A stretch of 64,000 nucleotides of DNA from an uncultured Candidatus Micrarchaeota archaeon. GTDB lineage: Archaea > Micrarchaeota > Micrarchaeia > Norongarragalinales > CAINOH01. Where the stretch lies: assembly GCA_903851445.1 (NCBI GenBank), contig CAINOH010000023.1:10518-74517 (forward strand), given 5' to 3'. This document shows, one piece after another, positions 17,938-27,655 of this stretch. The position numbers were made by a program, and so were the translations under genes. The notes beneath the pieces were generated by a model, which saw only the letters and a program-made list of their open reading frames with translations, did no database searches and was not told the DNA's origin. The stretch's first letter is position 1; every line of letters starts with the position of its first letter.

Positions 17938-18165
17938 TCAACCGGTTGAAGTGATGGCTCCAAGCAGGAGGAATGACATGACGAACCCGAGGATTACGAT
18001 GGTCTCGGGAAGCGCGATGAATATCATCGCAGTGCCAGTCGCGTTCTTGTTCTCTGAAAGGTAACCCATTGCAGCGGAACCGATGCTGGACATCGCTATT
18101 CCGGTGCTTATTGCGCCTGCGCAAATCGGGAGCGCGACCCCAATCAAATCAAATGTTCCAACCAT
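17938..18165 (-). CDS. atpK: A-type ATP synthase proteolipid subunit K (copy 1)
   Basis: 75 aa forming a two-helix hairpin with the ion-binding motif IALPETIVILGF. A GAGGTGA Shine-Dalgarno-like sequence lies about 10 nt upstream. Confidence 0.85.
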   Translation of the reverse strand: MVGTFDLIGVALPICAGAISTGIAMSSIGSAAMGYLSENKNATGTAMIFIALPETIVILGFVMSFLLLGAITSTG

Positions 18166-18374
18166 TCAATCTTTTCACCTCAAAACATACCCTTTGTTTT
18201 TCGCCGCAACAGCGGCAAAATAATGCAAAACCTTCCTGTGCAAGGACACCCACAGCCGACGATTCATCTGCTACGGGCAAATTGCCCAAGGGGACGCCTA
18301 GCAGGCGGTTTTGGCACAAAGCCAATTGCCTGCCTAGTCCCGTCCTAGGATGCCGACGTTCCTGTGGCCAGCAG

Positions 18375-18626
18375 TTAGCCCGCTGCTACGGCGGTGTTCA
18401 CCGCGCCAACCAGGACGAACGACAGCACGAAACCAAGGATTACGATGGTTTCTGGCAGCGCGATGAATACCATCACGTTGCCGGATGCGCCTTCCTTCTC
18501 CGCAAGATAGCCCATTGCAGCCGAACCTATGTTCGACATCGCAAAGGCCGTCCCTACTGCACCCACGCAGATAGGAAGCGCAGCCGAGAGAAAGCTCAGT
18601 GCCGTCCCAAACCCTATGTCCGCCAT
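18375..18626 (-). CDS. atpK: A-type ATP synthase proteolipid subunit K (copy 2, paralogue)
   Basis: 83 aa, about 60% identical to copy 1 by eye, with the same IALPETIVILGF motif. Confidence 0.85.
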   Translation of the reverse strand: MADIGFGTALSFLSAALPICVGAVGTAFAMSNIGSAAMGYLAEKEGASGNVMVFIALPETIVILGFVLSFVLVGAVNTAVAAG

Positions 18627-18648
18627 GTGTCTTTCACACCTCCATATA

Positions 18649-20607
18649 TCATACTTCCGCCGAAGCGGGCTTTAACGTGCGCCTTAATGGCACGGGCTTT
18701 CGCAGGGGGGAAAAATCAATACCCCCGCCCTGATAAAACTTTGAGAAGAACTCCACATAATGGAGACGAAGCGACTGGATGGACGACTCGAACATGCCAA
18801 GGACGAACGCTATGGCGTGGCCCACTACCATCAGGAGCGCGAATGCCACCACATTCAGGATTATGCCAAGGTCGAACGGGTGGGCGCCTGTGAACATGCC
18901 AACAAGCGCGCCAACGTCAATGGGTATCCCGCTTATCACCGTTGCAAGTATCGCGCCGGAAATGCCGAGGGCGATGAGCCGCAGGTAGGAGAATATGTTG
19001 CTTATCAGGCCGAATATCTCTATGAACCCCGCGATTCCCTCCAGCTTTACCAGGCAAGCGAGCGAAACTAGGATGATGACGCCCGACGCAAGGGCAAGCG
19101 TGGCTGCGGGCACGCCGAGAACCGGGCTTGTGACAATGCCGTAACCGAAGATGAACGCAGCGGCCAAGCCCAGCTCCAGTATTATCCAGGAAAACTTGGC
19201 AGCAGCGTGATGATATTCCTTCTCGGCCAACGCATTGAGGAGCCCGACCACGTAGCCGGACATAAGGTGCAACGCACCTATTGCCATGCACACGCCCATC
19301 ATCAGGGATATTCCGCCGGTGGTGGTGCGGGCAACGTACGGGTGCAGTTCGTAGCCCAGTATATTCTCCATGCCGAAGAATTCGGCAAAAAGGAAGCCGA
19401 AGAGTATTGTGGAGATGCTTGAAAGGATGAGTATGCGCGAGATGTCCTGGAAGAAGCTGCCCTTGAGCTTGCTCCTTACAAGCAGCGCCATGGCGAGGCC
19501 CACTATGCCGTAGCCTATGTCGCCGAGTATTATCCCGAAGAATAGCGGGAAAGTGAAGGTTATCAGCACAGTAGGGTCAAGCTCAGCAGAGTTGGGGATT
19601 GAGAAGAACCGGAGGAAGAACTCGAAAGGCCGGGCCACGTCCGGGTTGTTCAACAGCGTGGGCGACATGTCTGCAGTCTGCAGCCGCGTCACCTGGACTA
19701 CGTTGCCGAGGTTATCATTGACCTTGCGTTCCAGGCCCAAAAGGAGGTCCTCGGGCACCCAGCCCTCCACGACCAGGAGCTTTCCTGCCTTGGAGAACTT
19801 CAGCGGAAGCGTAGCAAGGGAAGACAAAGTCTCGAGCTTGGACATGACTGCAAGGTAATGCTCCTTGTTCTGGGAAAGGTGCTCTCGGATGTTGCCTTCT
19901 GCTGCAACAACGGCGTTTTTCGACTGCTGCTCTGCCGTGCGAGCTGCCTCAAGCCGCTTTGAAAATGACTCGGATTTGCCAAGGCCGAAAGGCCCAGCCA
20001 CGATGTCGGTATTGCCTTCCAGCGCCGCGAGGACTTTCTGCTCGTGGCTTTCCGGGTAGACGAAGGCCGCAGGCGCCGCGTCAGACGCGCCTTTTGCGTT
20101 CTCAAAAAGCATCCCTCCTGCGCTTGTAACGCTGGAGGACACGTCGCTTCTCTTTACCGAGGGCTTGAAGGACGCGAACAGTACCCGAGGCTTGCTTATG
20201 CTGTCTGCGAATCCGACGATTTCCTTTGCGCGATGCTCGAAGCCGGACAGCAAAATCCAGGGCTTCGATTCAGTGGAGAACGCTTCCTTTGCAGCGGATA
20301 TCTTTTCCTCAAATGACCGCAGCGTGGTGCGCACTTTCTGGATTTCTTCCTTGTGGCCGGTTATTTCAGTTATGTCGCCTTGGTACGGCTCGGGGTCTCC
20401 GCCCAGGTTGTATTTTCGCATCGTCGAGCGCAAGTAGACTAGCGCATCGGCGATGCCCGCGTATTCGGCAATTGGCTTGTCGTACGAAGGCTCGATTGCG
20501 CTGACTATCTGCACGAGGCCGAATGAGTAGAGCGCCCGTATCAGGTCTTTCCTGTGCTTTTCAGTAGTCAGGATGCGTATCTTGACCACTTTCTTGAGCT
20601 TCATCAT
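18649..20607 (-). CDS. atpI: A-type ATP synthase subunit I (a-like stator)
   Basis: 652 aa with a soluble N-terminal half and a polytopic C-terminal half (LRLIALGISG, SLRLHYVEFF). Confidence 0.9.
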   Translation of the reverse strand: MMKLKKVVKIRILTTEKHRKDLIRALYSFGLVQIVSAIEPSYDKPIAEYAGIADALVYLRSTMRKYNLGGDPEPYQGDITEITGHKEEIQKVRTTLRSFEEKISAAKEAFSTESKPWILLSGFEHRAKEIVGFADSISKPRVLFASFKPSVKRSDVSSSVTSAGGMLFENAKGASDAAPAAFVYPESHEQKVLAALEGNTDIVAGPFGLGKSESFSKRLEAARTAEQQSKNAVVAAEGNIREHLSQNKEHYLAVMSKLETLSSLATLPLKFSKAGKLLVVEGWVPEDLLLGLERKVNDNLGNVVQVTRLQTADMSPTLLNNPDVARPFEFFLRFFSIPNSAELDPTVLITFTFPLFFGIILGDIGYGIVGLAMALLVRSKLKGSFFQDISRILILSSISTILFGFLFAEFFGMENILGYELHPYVARTTTGGISLMMGVCMAIGALHLMSGYVVGLLNALAEKEYHHAAAKFSWIILELGLAAAFIFGYGIVTSPVLGVPAATLALASGVIILVSLACLVKLEGIAGFIEIFGLISNIFSYLRLIALGISGAILATVISGIPIDVGALVGMFTGAHPFDLGIILNVVAFALLMVVGHAIAFVLGMFESSIQSLRLHYVEFFSKFYQGGGIDFSPLRKPVPLRRTLKPASAEV

Positions 20608-20629
20608 GATGAACGCCTAAAATCAACTA

Positions 20630-21109
20630 TCAGAACATGTCGCCGAATACCTTGGAAAACACCACACCGGCCGCCTTTGGCACCGACGGCGTCTTCCTGG
20701 ACTTGAACGCAAGGGCTTCCTGTTTTGCCTTCTCGATTATTGCCTTCCTTTCCTTTTCCGCAGCAGCCCTGGCATTGGCAAGGGTTTCCTCCCGCATTAT
20801 TGCCGCGTTATTGCGTGCGTCTTCCCGCATCCTGTCAGTCGCAAGGTTTGCGGCGGAAATAATTTGGTCCCGCTCTATGCGGGCGGCTTGGACTATCTTG
20901 ACTCCCGGAAGGTCTATTGTTGTGCGCATTTCTTTGGGAGTAGCCTGGCTGGGCTCCTCCTCGTGGCTTATGGCAGGCTCCGGAAGGCCCACTATTGTCG
21001 CGCCGGAAGACGACCCGAGCGCCGGAACCCCGTCGAATGCTGGCTCAATCTGGTCCTCGTCTTCGGGGTGGCGCTTCCTTTGAATTATTCTTGGAGCCAT
21101 TGTGTTCAC
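20630..21109 (-). CDS. atpH: A-type ATP synthase subunit H (peripheral stalk, G-like), N-terminally extended
   Basis: 159 aa. The C-terminal 80 aa form an Ala/Glu/Arg-rich coiled coil like AtpH, and this is the first gene of the operon. The start is GTG at 21109, with an alternative ATG at 21100. Confidence 0.55.
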   Translation of the reverse strand: MNTMAPRIIQRKRHPEDEDQIEPAFDGVPALGSSSGATIVGLPEPAISHEEEPSQATPKEMRTTIDLPGVKIVQAARIERDQIISAANLATDRMREDARNNAAIMREETLANARAAAEKERKAIIEKAKQEALAFKSRKTPSVPKAAGVVFSKVFGDMF

Positions 21110-21387
21110 GTGCGATAATGAATGTGGGATGGTGGGTTGTCCGCCAGTTCGGTAAATCTGGCCGGCCTATTAAAGTAGAGGAACCCTTTGCAGCTTTTAT
21201 CCCTTCCTAGAAACTTTCTCTATTCAGGTTTTTAAAACATCCTAAAAAAAAGGACTTTTCCAAAAAAATATATAGATGCATTTAGTTTCATTCACGGCCA
21301 GGCCGAGGCTGCGGCCGCGCTGATGCCGGAAACTTGCCTGCAAAAGCAATAAAACAAGCCAACCTGTGATTATGACTGATGACTTGA

Positions 21388-21966
21388 ATGGAATACGACT
21401 ACATTAAGCTGTTGAGCAAGCTCTCGTCGAACGCGGCGACGTGGGTCGCCATAATCGCGATTCTTTTTCTGCCAGTATTCGAGCAAGACGCGTCGTTCCT
21501 CATCGTATTCGTCTTCATCGTGACCCTGAACTTCGTGCTCGCGCTGGTTATGAAGAACTGGGCGCCCGAGTTCTTCGCCCGGCTGCCCTTTGCCGAGTAT
21601 TACAAGAGCGGGCCGCAGGGAAAGAAAGGCCAGGCGCCGCAGCAGAACATCGGCTTTAGGCTTGCGCCGCTCGCATACCCCAAGGTGCACGACGAGGAGC
21701 TCCGCACGTTCGTGCCGGAATACGTGCGTGTTGACGTTGTTGGCAACACAGGCGTGCTCTTTTCAGGCAACGTCCCGCGGGGCGTGCTCAAGCAACTCCG
21801 GCAGGCGATAACCGACGCTCTTGAGGCCAGGCAGACCCAAAGCCCGCAACAGGCAGCCCAAACCACCCAGAATGCACCTGCGGCTATTCAAGCAGCACCG
21901 CAAAACAAGGCTTTGGAAAAAGCAAAAGGTCCTGCTGTAAAGAAAAAAGTAAAAGCCAGGAAATAA
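21388..21966 (+). CDS. hypothetical membrane protein
   Basis: 192 aa with two N-terminal TM helices, a Gln/Ala-rich region and a Lys-rich tail. No family recognised. Confidence 0.5.
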   Translation: MEYDYIKLLSKLSSNAATWVAIIAILFLPVFEQDASFLIVFVFIVTLNFVLALVMKNWAPEFFARLPFAEYYKSGPQGKKGQAPQQNIGFRLAPLAYPKVHDEELRTFVPEYVRVDVVGNTGVLFSGNVPRGVLKQLRQAITDALEARQTQSPQQAAQTTQNAPAAIQAAPQNKALEKAKGPAVKKKVKARK

Positions 21967-21991
21967 AAAGTGATTCGGCCACATTCAAAAG

Positions 21992-23590
21992 CTATTTTCT
22001 CGAAGCCGCAACCTTGTTCGCCTTCTCTACAGCCTCAAGCCCGGGCGAAGTCCCCTGCTCTATGAGCTCAAGTGTTGCGCCTCCTGCGTTCGAGACTATG
22101 GAGAATGCGGCTTTCGAGTTCACGCGGTTGACCGTTGCCGCAGTGTCGCCCCCGGCAGCGACAGTAATCGCACCTGCTTCCCTGGCCTTTGCGATTGCAT
22201 CGAAGACGTGCTTGTGCACGCCGTACTTTTGCTCGATGTTGTAATCTTCGATTGCAATGGGCCCTGCAACAAGAACGATTGCCGCTCCTGCGACTGAGGA
22301 TACGATTGCGGAAATCGTGGCCGGGCCGGGAGCCACTCCAAGGAACCCTGCTGGAATGCCCAGGGGCTTTGAAAACACCTGCACCTTGGCGTTCGCGGGA
22401 AGCTGGCCGGACTTGTTCGGGAGCTGGTCCGTAATGATGTGGTCTGTGCCGGTGACGAGCTGGACTTTCTTCGACTCCGCCTTTGCAATCAGCGAGTACG
22501 CAAAGTACAACTGCTCGCCGAGCTGCTTGTAGTCGACGTAGGAGTTGCCCACGAACACCTTGCACTTCTTCTCGTCAAGGCCAAGGATGGAGAGTATTTT
22601 CGCGCTCTTTTCGCGCTCAAACCCGTCGATTGCCTTTGCAGCTGCCTCCGCTGCCCCGGGCTCCTTGGACTTCTTTGCATCCGAGGAAGCCTGCTTGATT
22701 TTCGCGTTATACTCGGCGACTATTGCTGCGATTGCTTCGGAGTTCTTTGCAATGCCTTCCTTTTGCATATCCGCAAGCAAGAAAGTGTAAGCGATGGCTC
22801 CCTGCACCACCATCACGTCACCCTCGTGCATCAACTCAAGGAGGTTGGATGCGACGGTAATCTTTGACGTGATTCCCGGCGCGGCCTCGATTTTTTTCCC
22901 TGTGAGGAAGAACACGAACTTTCCGCGGTTTTGTGCGCGCAATGCCTTTCCGATGCCGCCTATGTACTCAACTGCCTTTGCAAAGTGCATTCCAAGAACA
23001 GCGTCGCCGCCAGCCTCGGCAACCTTTACCGGAGTCACGGTCACGCTTGCGCAGGGCCGGTGGTTCTGCGCCTCGGCCTCGTTCACATAGAGCGCGCCTT
23101 TCCCCGCAAGCGACGCAAGGAACGCGCCGAACTGCTCGTCAGCGGAGTTCTCCTCGGCATCAAAACGGCTGTTCTCAAGCACCAGCACCTGGCCGGGCTT
23201 GACCGCCTGTGCCGCAGCCATGACCTCATTCTTGTTCCTATATACGCTGCGGGGCTTGGAACCGCCAAGGGCATCGGGCGCCATCAGTACAGGGTATTGG
23301 AGCAGGCCTTCTTTTTTGAGCGCGTCCGAAAGCCTGTTCGCGACGCACGCCATCGAAAGCTCGGCATCCTCGCCTTTTGGCCTCCCGCACCAGCCCGGCT
23401 CGAGGATGATTCTTGCCTTGCGCTCAATCAGGAAACGAAGTGTGGGAATCGAGTCGAGTATGCGCGAGCCGTCCGACACCCGTGCCGGGTCGAGCTTGGG
23501 CTTGGAAACGTCGATTGGCACGTCATAACAGGTGCGAAGGAACACCAGCCTGTTGCTCAGGTCGCCTGCGTCCGCAAGAAGCTTTGCCAT
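21992..23590 (-). CDS. pgk: phosphoglycerate kinase, highly divergent and with insertions
   Basis: 532 aa. PGK blocks are recognisable in order: RTCYDVP (R.DFNVP), DGSRILDSIPTL, GRPKG, LENSRF, VNEAEAQNHRPCAS (NDAFG.AHRAHAS), GKK, YTFL, AGPIAIED (NGPMGVFE), AAGGDTA and NAGGATLE. Confidence 0.7.
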   Translation of the reverse strand: MAKLLADAGDLSNRLVFLRTCYDVPIDVSKPKLDPARVSDGSRILDSIPTLRFLIERKARIILEPGWCGRPKGEDAELSMACVANRLSDALKKEGLLQYPVLMAPDALGGSKPRSVYRNKNEVMAAAQAVKPGQVLVLENSRFDAEENSADEQFGAFLASLAGKGALYVNEAEAQNHRPCASVTVTPVKVAEAGGDAVLGMHFAKAVEYIGGIGKALRAQNRGKFVFFLTGKKIEAAPGITSKITVASNLLELMHEGDVMVVQGAIAYTFLLADMQKEGIAKNSEAIAAIVAEYNAKIKQASSDAKKSKEPGAAEAAAKAIDGFEREKSAKILSILGLDEKKCKVFVGNSYVDYKQLGEQLYFAYSLIAKAESKKVQLVTGTDHIITDQLPNKSGQLPANAKVQVFSKPLGIPAGFLGVAPGPATISAIVSSVAGAAIVLVAGPIAIEDYNIEQKYGVHKHVFDAIAKAREAGAITVAAGGDTAATVNRVNSKAAFSIVSNAGGATLELIEQGTSPGLEAVEKANKVAASRK

Positions 23591-23618
23591 ACTTTGCCTA
23601 CCTCCTGTGCCTCCCAGC

Positions 23619-24638
23619 CTAGACCAGCCGGGACGCCATCTCGACTACCCTGCACGAGTAGCCGTACTCGTTGTCGTACCATGACAGGAGCTTGACCATG
23701 TTGCCCTTCTTTCCGTCCGCGCCCGGGATGACCATCGTGGACAGGCCATCCACAACCGCCGAGTTGGGGTTGCCGATGATGTCAGTTGATACTAGTGGCT
23801 CGGTTGAGAACTCAAGGATTCCCTTCATCGGACCCTCAGCAGCAGCCTTCAGCACCGCGTTGACCTCGTCTGCCGAGACTTCCCTTCCAAGCTCCATCGA
23901 AATGTCGGTGACCGACCCGTCCGGAACCGGGACGCGGAGGGAGAGGCCGTTCATCTTGCCCTTCAGGCTGGGAATTACCTCGCCGATTGCCTTTGCAGCT
24001 CCGGTTGTAGTCGGGATTATGTTAAGCGCTGCTGCGCGTGCGCGGCGCAAGTCCTTGTGGGAGCCGTCGAGCACCTTCTGGTCCATCGTGTAGGCGTGGC
24101 AGGTTGTCATGAAGCCGCGCTTGATGCCGAATGCCTCGTCAATCACCTTGAGAACTGGGGCCATCGAGCCGGTCGTGCAGGATGCCATTGAGATGATGTG
24201 GTGCTTGGATTTGTCGTAAGTGTTGAAGTTCACGCCCATGACCAGGGTCGCGTCGCACTCCTTTCCAGGAGCGCTCACGATTACCTTCTTTGCGCCCTGT
24301 GTTATGTGCTTCTGCGCAAGCGCCCGCTCGGTGTACTTTCCGGTGCAGTCAATGACCACGTCCACGTTGAACTCCTTCCAGGGGAGCTTGGTGTCGTCTT
24401 TTTCCATTACGGTCTTGACTTTCTTTCCTGCAATCACCATGTCTGACCCGTCGATTGATACCTGGTCGAACTTGCCGTGCACGGAGTCGTGCTTGAGTAA
24501 GTGCGCAATAGTCGCGACGGGCGACAGGTCGTTAACCACAACAAGGTCGAAGCCCTTGCCGAACGAGCCGTTGTTTACAGCCGCGCGGACTAAGCACCTG
24601 CCGATTCTGCCGAATCCATTGATCGCTATCCTTGCCAT
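23619..24638 (-). CDS. gap: glyceraldehyde-3-phosphate dehydrogenase, type I (bacterial/eukaryotic type)
   Basis: 339 aa from ATG 24638 (MARIAINGFGRIGR). The catalytic block is ASCTTGSMAP and the C-terminal block is SWYDNEYGYS. Confidence 0.9.
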   Translation of the reverse strand: MARIAINGFGRIGRCLVRAAVNNGSFGKGFDLVVVNDLSPVATIAHLLKHDSVHGKFDQVSIDGSDMVIAGKKVKTVMEKDDTKLPWKEFNVDVVIDCTGKYTERALAQKHITQGAKKVIVSAPGKECDATLVMGVNFNTYDKSKHHIISMASCTTGSMAPVLKVIDEAFGIKRGFMTTCHAYTMDQKVLDGSHKDLRRARAAALNIIPTTTGAAKAIGEVIPSLKGKMNGLSLRVPVPDGSVTDISMELGREVSADEVNAVLKAAAEGPMKGILEFSTEPLVSTDIIGNPNSAVVDGLSTMVIPGADGKKGNMVKLLSWYDNEYGYSCRVVEMASRLV

Positions 24639-24877
24639 TCGCTTCACCCACCCATTGCGGACCGGAATAGTATGAAACAATATTAGGAGTTCATACTTCC
24701 TCATCCGTTGTGATTAGACATAAGACGCTTAGATTTAAGAAACCGACTTTCCGCACCCGCAAATAAAAGCCTGCAGGGTAAACCGTAGGTTGTATGGCGG
24801 CATAATAGTAAGGGAAATTAAGGCGGGGGCAATAATACAGATAAAAGACAGGCTTCGACCCAGCCGGGGAACAGCAC

Positions 24878-27643
24878 ATGCCGGAATACACCAGCGAATA
24901 CTACCAGATGACCTCCGAGCAGGCGCTCCTTTCCACTTCGAGCCGCAAGGACGGCCTGACCTCGCAGGAAGCTTATGCCAAGCTTGCACGCGACGGACCC
25001 AACGAGCTTGCCCAGAAAAAGCGCAAGACCGACCTTGAGAGATTCCTTGAGCAGTTCCAAAGCCCGATGATACTCGTGCTGATTGCAGCAGCGGCAATCT
25101 CATTCTTGGTCTCCCTTGAAATCTCGCTCTCGCCGTTCTCGGTCTCAATCGCGTCATTTACCGAGGTTCTGGATGCCATTGCAATAGTCGCCATAGTGCT
25201 GCTCAACGCGGGCTTCGGATTTACGCAGGAAAGGAATGCGGAGAATGCCATCGAAGCGCTCAAGAAGATGGTTGCGCCAACGGCGACAGTAATCAGGCAG
25301 GGCCAGAAGATGCGCATACCATCAAAGGAGATAGTCATTGGCGACATCGTGCTTTTGGAGGAGGGTGACCGGGTCCCGGCTGACTGCAGGCTCCTTGAGG
25401 TGCGCAGCCTTGAGGTCGACGAGTCCGCGCTTACCGGCGAGTCCGTACCGGTGCTTAAGGAGTCGGACCAAATCCACGATTCCAACGTGCCCCTTGCAGA
25501 GCGCAAGAACATCGCGTTCATGAGCACGGTTGTGACGCGTGGGCGTGCAACTGCGGTTGTGGTCGCAAGCGGGATGGCAACCGAGATTGGCAAGATAAGC
25601 GAGATGGTGCAGTCTGCCGAGGACGAGGAGACGCCCCTTTCAAAGAAGCTTGCAGAAGTGGCGAAAAACCTCGGCTATGTCGCGCTTGCCGCAAGCGGCC
25701 TGGTGTTCGTGCTCGGCATCATAGAAGGAAAGGGCCTGTTCGAGATGTTCCTCACCACAATAAGCATTGCTGTTGCGGCAATCCCCGAGGGCCTTCCTGC
25801 AATAGTCACGCTGTCGCTTGCGCTTGGCGTTTCGCGCATGGCAAAGAAGAACGCGATTGTGCGAAAGCTCGCAGCGTGCGAGACCCTTGGCAGCGCGACG
25901 GTAATCTGCACGGACAAGACTGGCACGATTACCAAGAACGAGATGACTGCAAAGGCGGTCTTTGCAGCAGGCGAATACTATGACGTTTCAGGCGCTGGTT
26001 ACACCGAACAGGGGAAAATACTGTCCGCAACCACTAAGACGCCCGCGAGCCTTGATAGCAACGAAGCGTACAAGATGACAATAGTGTGCGCAGCCGCGTG
26101 CAACAACGCAAAGCTCGTTGCGAGAGTGGGCGGCGAGACCGGCATAATCGGCGACCCGATGGAAGCCGCGCTGCTTGTGCTTGCAAAGAAAGCCGGACAG
26201 GACAGGGACACGCTGGAGATGGAATACGCGTTCGAGGACGAGAACCCGTTCGACTCGAACCGCAAGCTGATGAGCACCCTTTGGAAAAAGAACGGCCAGG
26301 GGTTCCTGTTCGTAAAGGGCGCGCCGGAGCGGGTGCTTGAGCGGTGCGCGCAATACTCTGACGCAAAGGGCGGCCTGCACACGCTCTCAGCGCAAAAACG
26401 CGAGGAACTCCTGCTGGCGAACAAGGCATATGCGTCCCGCGCACTTCGCGTGCTTGCTTTTGCTTACAAAAAGACCGACGAGCGGCACTGCGACGAGACA
26501 ATAGAAAAGGAGCTTGTCTTCTGCGGCCTTGTTGGCCTGCTAGACCCCGCGCGCGAGGAAATCCCGCACGCAATCGAAGTGTGCAGGCAGGCCGGCATCC
26601 GAGTAGTGATGATTACAGGCGACAACGCGGACACCGCTGCTGCCATTGCAAAAAGCGTGGGCCTTGCCGGGCCGGATGACCGCGTGGTAACCGGAAAGGA
26701 GCTTGACACTATGAGCGAGCGCCAGCTTGTGGAAGACGTCTACAAGATAGCAGTATACGCAAGGGTTGACCCTGCGCACAAGCTGCGCATCGTATCAGCT
26801 TTCAGGGCAAGAGGCGAGGTTGTTGCGATGACCGGAGACGGCGTAAATGACGCGCCTGCGCTCAAGAAGTCGGACATTGGCATCGCAATGGGACTTTCGG
26901 GAACGGAAGTTGCAAAGGAAGCCAGTGACATAGTGCTTGCTGATGACAACTTCACAAGCATCGTCTCCGCTGTTGAGGAAGGAAGGGTAATCTACGACAA
27001 CATAGTCAAGGCGGTGCACTACCTAGTAGGAGCCAACATCGGCGAGGTGTTGATATTGCTGATTGCGCTGCTTGCCAGGATGCCATTCCTGCCACTTTTA
27101 CCGCTGCAAATACTGTGGATTAACCTCGTGACCGACGGCCTGCCCGCGCTCGCACTCGGAAGCGACGCGCCGGAGGCGGGGCTGATGAGGAGAAAGCCGC
27201 GGCCGCGGGACGAGGAGATATTCAGCCTGCGCACCCTCCCCCCGCTCCTGTTCGACGGCTTGGTGATTGCCTTCGGCACCCTTGCGCTGTTCGTGCTTGC
27301 GATTGATCGCGGTTATCCGGAACCAGCTGCAAGGACAGTCGCGTTCACCACAATAGTTTTCCTCGAACTCGTTTACGCGTTCACAATGCGCTCGGTAAGG
27401 AACTCGATGTTCTCAAACAAGGTGCTTGGCAACACCAAGCTCGTGCTCGCACTGGCGCTCGGGATTCTCACCCAGCTTGCCATCATCTACATCCCAATGA
27501 TGCAGGAAGTCTTCGGCACTGCCGCACTCTCAGCAACCGACCTTGCTGCGATATTCTGCGCCTCAATTTTAATCGTGCCAATAGTCGAGCTCAGGAAATG
27601 GGTAATGAGGAGACGCGCCTTGGCTGGGCGTCTTGAATGGTAG
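24878..27643 (+). CDS. cation-transporting P-type ATPase, Ca2+ (P2, SERCA/PMCA-like) type
   Basis: 921 aa with motifs DKTGTITKN, PEGLPA, TGDNADTA and GDGVNDAPALKKSDIGIAMG, and about 10 TM segments. Confidence 0.88.
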   Translation: MPEYTSEYYQMTSEQALLSTSSRKDGLTSQEAYAKLARDGPNELAQKKRKTDLERFLEQFQSPMILVLIAAAAISFLVSLEISLSPFSVSIASFTEVLDAIAIVAIVLLNAGFGFTQERNAENAIEALKKMVAPTATVIRQGQKMRIPSKEIVIGDIVLLEEGDRVPADCRLLEVRSLEVDESALTGESVPVLKESDQIHDSNVPLAERKNIAFMSTVVTRGRATAVVVASGMATEIGKISEMVQSAEDEETPLSKKLAEVAKNLGYVALAASGLVFVLGIIEGKGLFEMFLTTISIAVAAIPEGLPAIVTLSLALGVSRMAKKNAIVRKLAACETLGSATVICTDKTGTITKNEMTAKAVFAAGEYYDVSGAGYTEQGKILSATTKTPASLDSNEAYKMTIVCAAACNNAKLVARVGGETGIIGDPMEAALLVLAKKAGQDRDTLEMEYAFEDENPFDSNRKLMSTLWKKNGQGFLFVKGAPERVLERCAQYSDAKGGLHTLSAQKREELLLANKAYASRALRVLAFAYKKTDERHCDETIEKELVFCGLVGLLDPAREEIPHAIEVCRQAGIRVVMITGDNADTAAAIAKSVGLAGPDDRVVTGKELDTMSERQLVEDVYKIAVYARVDPAHKLRIVSAFRARGEVVAMTGDGVNDAPALKKSDIGIAMGLSGTEVAKEASDIVLADDNFTSIVSAVEEGRVIYDNIVKAVHYLVGANIGEVLILLIALLARMPFLPLLPLQILWINLVTDGLPALALGSDAPEAGLMRRKPRPRDEEIFSLRTLPPLLFDGLVIAFGTLALFVLAIDRGYPEPAARTVAFTTIVFLELVYAFTMRSVRNSMFSNKVLGNTKLVLALALGILTQLAIIYIPMMQEVFGTAALSATDLAAIFCASILIVPIVELRKWVMRRRALAGRLEW

Positions 27644-27655
27644 AATGAGGGAAAA

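Noticed and set aside
20607-20629. An ATGATGA sequence at the atpI start resembling a C box.
   Set aside because: It is the ATG-ATG start of atpI read on the opposite strand. There is no D box (CAGA, not CTGA) and only 22 nt of spacer between the genes.
24639-25157. ORFs in and around the gap / P-type ATPase divergent spacer (24691..24891, 24735..25157, 24790..25038, 24818..25060).
   Set aside because: They overlap each other and the 5' end of the ATPase gene. Their translations are compositionally implausible. The region is better explained as a divergent promoter.
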